DNA of 33,662 nucleotides from Chlamydiales bacterium (GTDB lineage Bacteria; Chlamydiota; Chlamydiia; Chlamydiales; JBDQID01): NCBI GenBank assembly GCA_047611865.1, contig JBLFWS010000019.1, positions 1 to 33,662 of the forward strand, read 5' to 3'. Shown piece by piece: positions 27,436 to 33,662 of this stretch (position 1 is its first letter; each line of letters starts with the position of its first letter). The notes under the pieces were generated by a model. It saw only the letters and a program-made list of their open reading frames with translations, ran no database searches and was not told where the DNA came from. The position numbers and the translations under genes were made by a program.

Positions 27436-27906
27436 ATGTTACAAGAGAGTAGCTCCTCATCCGAGAGTTTTTCAGTTAGAGAGTTCTCTGTTTATCAGGG
27501 GGAAGGCTCGACGTTAAATTCCACGCGATCTGGGAGATTCTGGCAATGCATCTGTCCCGGAATCTTTGAAAGAAACCTTTCCAACAAAATAAAAATAGTC
27601 CTGGGCACAACCCTTGCTGCAGTAGGAGTCGGTTGCGCTGTAGGTTTCTTAGCTGATTGCGTGGGTATGGAAGAAGAAAAAGCTATATTAGCCGGGACGA
27701 TCTCTGGAATAGCATCTGGCATTTTCACCGCGATTGGATTGAGAATGAGATCCCTTAGAGCCGGAGAGGGCTTTATCGGTAGAGGGGACGAAAGTTTTTC
27801 CATCCTGCTTCGGAATTCTTTTCGTTCTGGGCAAAGAGATTATCCTTTGCTTCAATTTGATGATGAATATCCTATTGTTCAGGGAGATAGCCGAGTTGTT
27901 CTGTGA
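27436..27906 (+). CDS. Inclusion-membrane (Inc)-like protein with bilobed hydrophobic domain
   Basis: Ser-rich N-terminus; two hydrophobic lobes IVLGTTLAAVGVGCAVGFLA and AILAGTISGIASGIFTAIGL separated by a short loop; AAGGA RBS. Confidence 0.65.
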   Translation: MLQESSSSSESFSVREFSVYQGEGSTLNSTRSGRFWQCICPGIFERNLSNKIKIVLGTTLAAVGVGCAVGFLADCVGMEEEKAILAGTISGIASGIFTAIGLRMRSLRAGEGFIGRGDESFSILLRNSFRSGQRDYPLLQFDDEYPIVQGDSRVVL

Positions 27907-28958
27907 TGGATTTTTCTAGAGACAAGGCTAAGCTGGAACTGGAAAATTCTCTGCTGCCTCTTATACAAGAGGATTTCCCTTCTCATTCTCGAGTGCATCC
28001 ACTGAGAACATTTTCTTCTGAAATGATCACAGCTTATGTAAAGCGAGATGACGAGCTTGGGTTTGGAATTACAGGTGCCAAAATAAGGAAATACCGTTCC
28101 CTTATTCCCTTTCTACTTGCTCAAGGAATCAAAGAAGTAGTGGCCATTGGTGGTGCACACTCTAATAATATCGTGGGTATAAGTCAGCTTCTTATTGAAA
28201 AAGGAATAAAACCCACTCTCTTTTTACGTTCAACAGTCTCTCCAAAACTTCAAGGCAACGCTCTCTTAACCTCTCTCCTCGTAAAAGACTCAGATATACA
28301 CTGGATTTCTCGCAGCGAATGGGCGTCTGTTGAAGCAGAGGCCTTGAAATATGCGACAAGTAAATCTTCTGGAGGAGACAAGGTTTTCGTTCTGAGGGAA
28401 GGATCTTCTGTTTCAGAGGCTCTTCCGGGGGCTTTGACACTGGCGTTGGATATTATACGTAATGAAGAGGAAGGGAAAATACAGTTCCAGGATATTTTTA
28501 TAGAAGCAGGAACAGGTCTGACGGCGATTTCTTTGATTTTAGCTTACGCTTGGCTACGTAAAGAGTGCAATATTCATGTGCTCCTTCTTGCAGAAGAAAA
28601 AGAGGCCTTTGAGAAAGAGCTGGCATTCTTTCATCATTCATTTGAGGAACTCATACAACAGTCCTGCACTTATCCAAAAAAATACACGTTACACCGACCA
28701 AAAAATGCGCGTTCTTTCGGCTCAGTAAATTCAAGGATATTTCAAGAAATCATCACTGTTGCACGAGACGAGGGCATCCTTATAGATCCAATATATTCAG
28801 GAAAGTTGTTTATAGAAACAAAGAGAATCCTGTATGAAAATCCAGTGCAGGGAAATGTCCTTTTGATCCATTCAGGAGGAGGTCTCGCATTATCTGGTTA
28901 TGGGGAGCAGTTAGAAACTTATCTAACGAATACCGATCTTTCAGAGAGATTGGTATAA
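27903..28958 (+). CDS. D-cysteine desulfhydrase / ACC deaminase family PLP enzyme
   Basis: YVKRDD...GAKIRK (PLP Lys), GGAHSN, AGTGLT, DPIYSGK, LIHSGG. Confidence 0.87.
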   Translation: MMDFSRDKAKLELENSLLPLIQEDFPSHSRVHPLRTFSSEMITAYVKRDDELGFGITGAKIRKYRSLIPFLLAQGIKEVVAIGGAHSNNIVGISQLLIEKGIKPTLFLRSTVSPKLQGNALLTSLLVKDSDIHWISRSEWASVEAEALKYATSKSSGGDKVFVLREGSSVSEALPGALTLALDIIRNEEEGKIQFQDIFIEAGTGLTAISLILAYAWLRKECNIHVLLLAEEKEAFEKELAFFHHSFEELIQQSCTYPKKYTLHRPKNARSFGSVNSRIFQEIITVARDEGILIDPIYSGKLFIETKRILYENPVQGNVLLIHSGGGLALSGYGEQLETYLTNTDLSERLV

Positions 28959-28986
28959 ATATAATAAGAAAATAATAGAGGTCTTT

Positions 28987-30174
28987 ATGAGATTACCACA
29001 GGTTTTATTATCGGTATTTTTCTTTTTTTTCTTTGCAGGAAAAGTAAGTGCGAATACGGACCTTATCCAGAGTGATAATACTGCAGATTTTAATATAGCC
29101 GTTCTCGATATGCATGAATATTACAACCCTTCCACACGAAATGAATTTGTCGCTAAAATGTCTGAAGCTTTACAGGAAGTGGGCTTTTTTGCCGTTATAA
29201 ATGCCAGGATTGATAACGAGATTGTCGATAAAGCATATAGCGCCTCCAAAGAGTTCTTTAGCTTAAACTACGGAACAAAGAAAAAGTGTGAGATGCTCAC
29301 TCACAGCCGACAGAGAGGCTACGCTCCAATAGGAGAGGATATACCTGGTGGGCACCATATTGCAGACTTCAAAGAGTTTTACCACGTAGGAAGAGAGCTA
29401 ACGGAAGAACAGAAGAAAAGGCTCGGGTACTTTGCGAATATATGGCCTGAGGATATGTTGCTTGGAAAGCCCATGGTGGCTCTATACAAAGAGTTGGAAG
29501 CCTATGTATTACCCCTTCAGCATGCATTTGCTCAAGCAATTGATCAGGACTATGATATTTTTACTGATATGACTCGGGAAGGGGATAGCCTTCTAAGAAT
29601 GATTCATTTTCCCTACCTGAAAAAAGACGGGCGCCGGGGAAGAGTTTGGTCTAAGCCTCATACGGATATTGATCTTTTCACAATATTACCCAGAGCTACG
29701 GCTATAGGCTTGCAGATTCAAATGAAAGATGGAAACTGGGCGACGGTGAGTACACCTCCCAATGCTTTTATTGTTAGTGCAGGTAATATGCTGGAAAATA
29801 TTACCAATGGATATTTCCGCAGTGCTGTACACCGTGTGGTGGCATTAGCAGACCATAGATATGAACGTTTTTCTATGGCGTTTTACGTGCACCCTCGCTC
29901 TGATGTAAATTTGGAACCCCTTCCTACTTGTGTTGCCTTGACAGGGGGAAAGAAACTGTATGCTAAAGCAAGCAGATGGGAGCTACTCATGGAAAAGTTG
30001 ACAGAGCTTGGTCTCGCAACACCAGATCTCTTACAAGAGCTTGCAGATTCTGAATTGATGGAACGGCAGATTGAAGTAGGTAGAGTAAGTGTTGGAGCCA
30101 TGAAGCAACTTAAAGAAAATGCTTTGGCTAGCCCTACAGTACTCCGGGAATTGGAAAAAAGGGATGAAGATTAA
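28987..30174 (+). CDS. 2-oxoglutarate/Fe(II) dioxygenase, isopenicillin-N-synthase-like, with signal peptide
   Basis: VGFFAVIN, RGY, DFKEFYH, LRMIHFP, HTD...H (SAVHRVV)...RFS; N-terminus MRLPQVLLSVFFFFFFAGKVSA resembles a Sec signal peptide. Confidence 0.88.
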   Translation: MRLPQVLLSVFFFFFFAGKVSANTDLIQSDNTADFNIAVLDMHEYYNPSTRNEFVAKMSEALQEVGFFAVINARIDNEIVDKAYSASKEFFSLNYGTKKKCEMLTHSRQRGYAPIGEDIPGGHHIADFKEFYHVGRELTEEQKKRLGYFANIWPEDMLLGKPMVALYKELEAYVLPLQHAFAQAIDQDYDIFTDMTREGDSLLRMIHFPYLKKDGRRGRVWSKPHTDIDLFTILPRATAIGLQIQMKDGNWATVSTPPNAFIVSAGNMLENITNGYFRSAVHRVVALADHRYERFSMAFYVHPRSDVNLEPLPTCVALTGGKKLYAKASRWELLMEKLTELGLATPDLLQELADSELMERQIEVGRVSVGAMKQLKENALASPTVLRELEKRDED

Positions 30175-30633
30175 TTATCCATTTTTCCAGAGGGTGAGTC
30201 GTTCAAGCATGCTGATTGTGTGGCTCCCCTCCCAGTATACCTTTCTGCATTCTGGACATTTCCAAAAAGTTTTGCTGGAATTAAGAATATAGGAAGGGAC
30301 TGTTGCTAGATCCTCTTCATTAGCTTCAACGAATTTTTCATTGCACTTCAAACATCTCGAAAAAGGATCCATGAGCCAATCGATTCCAATCATTTCCTTT
30401 AATTCACGCACAGAGGACTCCAAGTCGTTCGAACGAATCCAAAGAACGCATTCTTCGTAACCTTTCATGTGAATAAAGTGCTTGTCACGGGTAATTAGAA
30501 GCCGATTTTCTCTTAAGGCTTGTAGGAAAATTTCTTTGTCTGGCCGGGATTGTCTTTCAAGATGTGCATCATAACCAGCTGCACGTATCCACCGACCTAA
30601 TTTTGTTAACATCTCGTCGCAAAGAAACTTCAC
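30175..30633 (-). CDS. Mut7-C RNase domain protein (PIN-like fold with Zn ribbon)
   Basis: FLCDEML.KLGRWIR.AGYD, A..ENRLLITRD, SRCLKCN, CPECRKVYWEGSH. Confidence 0.9.
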   Translation of the reverse strand: MKFLCDEMLTKLGRWIRAAGYDAHLERQSRPDKEIFLQALRENRLLITRDKHFIHMKGYEECVLWIRSNDLESSVRELKEMIGIDWLMDPFSRCLKCNEKFVEANEEDLATVPSYILNSSKTFWKCPECRKVYWEGSHTISMLERLTLWKNG

Positions 30634-30754
30634 TGTTATTCTCTCTTTATCTATATAATTTAACTCTACTTAAGCTTAGTTCTTGTGTCAAATTTTTCGA
30701 TGACCTATAAGCACTTCCTACCTTTTCAAAAACCATTTTAACCCAGGGGATGCT

Positions 30755-31618
30755 ATGTCGATTCCTATAGATCCATCACAAAGGTCACCATCATTACTCC
30801 AAAGTTTAGGCGATGTTAATCACCCAGAAGAAAGGGTGGTAGATATCGTGAAGGGGATTAATGAGAAGATCATGGCGGGAGGTCCAATGAATAGGAGTAA
30901 CCTCCACGCGAAGGTTTCCGGCTTACCCTTCTACAAAAGACTAACAGACGGCACAATCTCCCCTCATGAACTTGTGCAGCATTTTGTCAATCAGAAGAAG
31001 ATATTCGGAACTCTTGAAACCCTGATAAAAGCTGATGAGATATTTAATGAGATAATATCAGAGGATATTTTCAGAGCTGAGACCATAGAAAAGGATATAA
31101 GTTACTTCGAAGAACAGTTTCATCTCATTCGTCCTCGTGCCACTAAAGAAACAGAAGATTTTGTTTCCGAAATCCAGCAAAAAGTTGCCGCAGAGAAAAC
31201 CCATCTACTCGCTTATACTTACGTTCAGTATGTAGGCCTATTTCTTGGGAGATCCATTGCGGGGAAAACAGAAAAATGGTTAGAGAAAAACGTAGAGAAC
31301 TATTCTTCAGAAAATCCAAGCTCTGCAGGACTAGCCTACTGGCAATTTACAAATATGGAAAGCCCTGAGCTAAGAAGAGACTATCAAAAAGCTCTGGTCG
31401 CCTTTTATTCTACACAGTCCTTGGACATAGAAAAAAAAGAAGCGTTAATTGAACTGGGAGAAAGGGCTTTTATCCATAACGGCAGCGTTCTGGAATCAGT
31501 CAAGCCTCTACAAAATCGCAAGTGGACATTGATGGGTAGTGCATTCTTGGGGGTAGCAGCAGCTGGAGTGGCAGCTAGTTTTCTCATGAGAAAGTATTTC
31601 GAGGGTGGAGAGGTCTAA
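30755..31618 (+). CDS. Heme oxygenase-like protein with C-terminal transmembrane anchor
   Basis: Aligns by eye with HO-1 (recalled sequence): LHAKV (proximal His51), FRAETIEKDISYF, LLAYTYVQYVG, SSAGLAYWQF, ELGERAFIHN; hydrophobic tail LMGSAFLGVAAAGVAASFLM followed by RK. Confidence 0.8.
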   Translation: MSIPIDPSQRSPSLLQSLGDVNHPEERVVDIVKGINEKIMAGGPMNRSNLHAKVSGLPFYKRLTDGTISPHELVQHFVNQKKIFGTLETLIKADEIFNEIISEDIFRAETIEKDISYFEEQFHLIRPRATKETEDFVSEIQQKVAAEKTHLLAYTYVQYVGLFLGRSIAGKTEKWLEKNVENYSSENPSSAGLAYWQFTNMESPELRRDYQKALVAFYSTQSLDIEKKEALIELGERAFIHNGSVLESVKPLQNRKWTLMGSAFLGVAAAGVAASFLMRKYFEGGEV

Positions 31619-31678
31619 GGCAACAATCGTTGAAGAGGTGATTACAGCTACCCTATGCCCGACCGAACAGGCTCTTTG

Positions 31679-31768
31679 GAGCGTCAGAGACGAGGCATAA
31701 TGTAGGCCGGGTCGCAAGGCCCGGTTGTATGCAATGGGAAATATACGAGCACTAGAGGTGAGGCACGA
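31679..31768 (+). repeat. REP-like hairpin triplet 1 (A-B-A)
   Basis: GAG-CGTC-aga-GACG-AGGCA (31679-31697) and GAG-CACT-aga-GGTG-AGGCA (31747-31765) flank GTAG (31702-31705) plus hairpin GGCCGGGTC-gcaa-GGCCCGGTT. Confidence 0.7.
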
Positions 31769-31858
31769 TCCTCCAAGCCCTTTTATCCTTTTCCAAATCT
31801 TAGGGCTGACTTGAGGTGGCACAGATGGGGCTAAAATCCCATAACTTCCTCCTCTGCA

Positions 31859-32016
31859 TTTCCGGTCAATAATTGTTTCATTTTATTTACCCACGAATGT
31901 GGGTTTTGGAATGTAGCCCAGTGCAAGTGCGAGGAGCTTGCGACGAGACACGCAGCTCTGGGTTAGTAAGAAAAACAAGTTGTACCCTTGAAAAGGGTAC
32001 TGGAATTCACCGGAAA
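31859..32016 (+). repeat. REP-like hairpin triplet 2 (A-B-A) inside a 12-bp inverted repeat
   Basis: TACCCAC-gaat-GTGGGT-tt-TGGAAT and TACCCTT-gaa-AAGGGTA-c-TGGAAT flank GTAG (31913-31916) plus TAGCCCAG...CTGGGTTA; outer IR TTTCCGGTCAAT / ATTCACCGGAAA (11 of 12). Confidence 0.7.
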
Positions 32017-32018
32017 CT

Positions 32019-33185
32019 CTAGAAGGTAGGTTGCGGGGTTTTAAGGTGATCTGTGTCATCCCAGGGCTGACTACTTGTTGACACTTTTATGTCTGCAACT
32101 GAGTTGTATAATTCGAGGACTTCCTGTTTTTTAAAAAGGGGAGTTTTGTCGAGCAGGGCAATTAATTTGTCACAACTTTGTTTTATTTCAAGCACCTTTT
32201 GTGCGATCGATTCGTCGTTGGCTTTTGTTCTAGTTTGCTTAGCAATATGGAGCACATTTCGTGTGGCTCTGTGGATGCGTGTGTAATCACGCATTACAAT
32301 AGCTTCATCTTGCTTAAGTCCATCTCCTGATTTTCTGGGAATATAGTTAAGCTTTTTGACATCCTCATTTTGGGCACTGAATAATATATATTCAAAAAGG
32401 CTATGGATGCGTTGTGCCTGCTTTTCTGCTACCTTTCTTTTATTTCCATTGAAGATATCTTTATAGACTAAATTGGCTGGTATAGATTGTTTTTTTATAA
32501 AATAATTTAACTGACTTGGGTTTGATCTAGTATAGTGGAAGTCACCATCAGCGGGTATATGAACAAAGGAGTGCTTGCTAAGGTCAGCAACAAAGGAGGC
32601 GTCCGTATCAGTAGGGATAAAAGTACTTATTGAGGGTAAGATGCTTTGATCATGGCTTATTTTAAAGGCCCAGTCTTTAATATTAAGAGCCTTTTTTGAA
32701 TCCACAGAAGGGTCAATGATGACACGACTGCCATCGTTGAGTTCAATTGAACTTGCGATATGATATTGCCAGATGACTTTTTCCTTCTCAGAAGAAATAT
32801 AACCGAGGTTTGGGCCGATGATAACTTGCAGTGTTAACAGGTCTTTGGGAATACCTATTTGTTTCAGTTTATCAATAGCAAGAGAAGCCCTGGCATAACA
32901 TGCATCTTTCTTGAAATCCCAAGCAAAGTCATTTATTTTATAGAGTTCTCGTACGAATAAATCTGCGGCATGTTGAGTGATGGGGTCAGTAAACTTATCG
33001 TCTGTAGAGGTGCCAGGAAGTTTTGAAAAAAGAGTTGATCTAGCTTGCTCGGGATCGCAGATAAATTGTGATGGGGGTCGGGCAAGATCAAAAGTCTTTT
33101 GGCCAGATTTTGTAGCATTGTAGTTAGTTTCATCTCCATTATATTGGAATGTCGATGAAGTAGCGTAATTAGACAGATCTCTCAT
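32019..33185 (-). CDS. Protein-glutamine glutaminase (deamidase) family protein, candidate effector
   Basis: DACYARA (Cys96), WQYHIA (His142), VIIDPS (Asp158), ...W match the DGCYARA / W.YHVA / IIDPS pattern of protein glutaminase. Confidence 0.8.
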   Translation of the reverse strand: MRDLSNYATSSTFQYNGDETNYNATKSGQKTFDLARPPSQFICDPEQARSTLFSKLPGTSTDDKFTDPITQHAADLFVRELYKINDFAWDFKKDACYARASLAIDKLKQIGIPKDLLTLQVIIGPNLGYISSEKEKVIWQYHIASSIELNDGSRVIIDPSVDSKKALNIKDWAFKISHDQSILPSISTFIPTDTDASFVADLSKHSFVHIPADGDFHYTRSNPSQLNYFIKKQSIPANLVYKDIFNGNKRKVAEKQAQRIHSLFEYILFSAQNEDVKKLNYIPRKSGDGLKQDEAIVMRDYTRIHRATRNVLHIAKQTRTKANDESIAQKVLEIKQSCDKLIALLDKTPLFKKQEVLELYNSVADIKVSTSSQPWDDTDHLKTPQPTF

Positions 33186-33381
33186 TTTTATGACTGCAGT
33201 CCTCTTTTGGAGCCCTTAAATTCGAAAATTTGTCAGAGAAATCAGGCTTTGATCTGAGAGCCTTCTTATTATTTTTATTTGCGATAATGTCGGGCAAAAA
33301 TCCAACACCCAGATTCTTTTGGGTTTTTTTGGAAACGGTCGTAATAGGAGCTTGAGGTATTATCGCTGGAAGAATTTCCAT
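33169..33381 (-). CDS. Small hypothetical ORF, possibly the frameshifted N-terminus of the deamidase
   Basis: ATG at 33381 preceded by GAAAGG; 70 aa, Pro/Lys-rich; overlaps the deamidase ORF by 17 nt in another frame. Confidence 0.4.
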   Translation of the reverse strand: MEILPAIIPQAPITTVSKKTQKNLGVGFLPDIIANKNNKKALRSKPDFSDKFSNLRAPKEDCSHKNERSV

Positions 33382-33662
33382 AAAAAACAACCTTTCTGTA
33401 CTTGAGTAGTTAAAATACACTAATAATTAGTGTATTACTGTAATGGTGTTTATTGATAAAAAACAATCTATTTAGTGTGTTTATTTAATAAAATAAAGGG
33501 GTATATTGAAAGGGTTTGGCTTCTTAGTGTTCCGAAACGAGTTAAATAAATGAAATTTTGATAAATGGGGTTATCTAATTGTCCCTTTTAATTGTAAGAG
33601 AGGTTCATTTTACTCTATGGGACAAGTCCCCCCGGATAAAAGGTATTCTGATGCATTGTATG

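Noticed and set aside
27903..28958. True ACC deaminase
   Set aside because: Has DPIYSGK and HSGG instead of the Glu and Leu (DPVYEGK, HLGG) diagnostic of ACC deaminase.
31695..31765. Twister-ribozyme-like string (TAATGTAG...CCGGGTCGCAAGGCCCGG...GAGGTGA)
   Set aside because: The loop is one base too long, P1 and P2 cannot be formed consistently, and the REP-like triplet explains the sequence better. An Rfam scan would settle it.
31645..31808. 6S RNA-like long hairpin with a central bubble
   Set aside because: Outer stems are short and bulged and no recognisable 6S sequence is present.
31508..31822. 104-aa minus-strand ORF
   Set aside because: Overlaps the heme oxygenase 3' end and a GC-rich repeat; likely spurious.
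33617..33662. Start of a plus-strand gene at the right edge
   Set aside because: Only 15 codons are visible and the SD is distant.
1..33662. CRISPR array, tRNA, rRNA, tmRNA, RNase P RNA or transposase
   Set aside because: No regularly spaced direct repeats or recognisable signatures were found by eye in the intergenic regions or ORFs.

Overview
Gene-dense bacterial window, most likely from an environmental Chlamydiota (Chlamydia-related, host-associated) genome. This is inferred from Inc-like bilobed hydrophobic proteins, Ser/Thr/Pro-rich orphan N-termini and several eukaryote-type enzymes; no marker gene proves it. Housekeeping and metabolic content: ABC-F (Uup-like) plus a GGQ release-factor-like protein, DUF1499, an HDAC-family deacetylase, a myo-inositol catabolic operon (iolB-C-D-E-A-G) ending in an intrinsic terminator, a PAS kinase plus REC-HisKA_3 hybrid kinase pair, a Dcu transporter, adenosine deaminase, YbaK, SerC-like aminotransferase, a D-cysteine desulfhydrase-family enzyme, an IPNS-like 2OG-Fe(II) oxygenase and a Mut7-C RNase. 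Candidate host-targeting effectors are interleaved: a USP deubiquitinase, a Hanks kinase, a coiled-coil protein with two LIR/AIM-like motifs next to an Inc-like protein, a tail-anchored HO-1-like heme oxygenase and a protein-glutaminase-type deamidase. Intergenic gaps hold several non-autonomous elements: two MITEs with perfect TIRs and 9-bp target duplications, a CTAG-bounded long palindrome, and two GTAG-REP-like hairpin triplets with covarying stems. No rRNA, tRNA, CRISPR array or transposase was seen.
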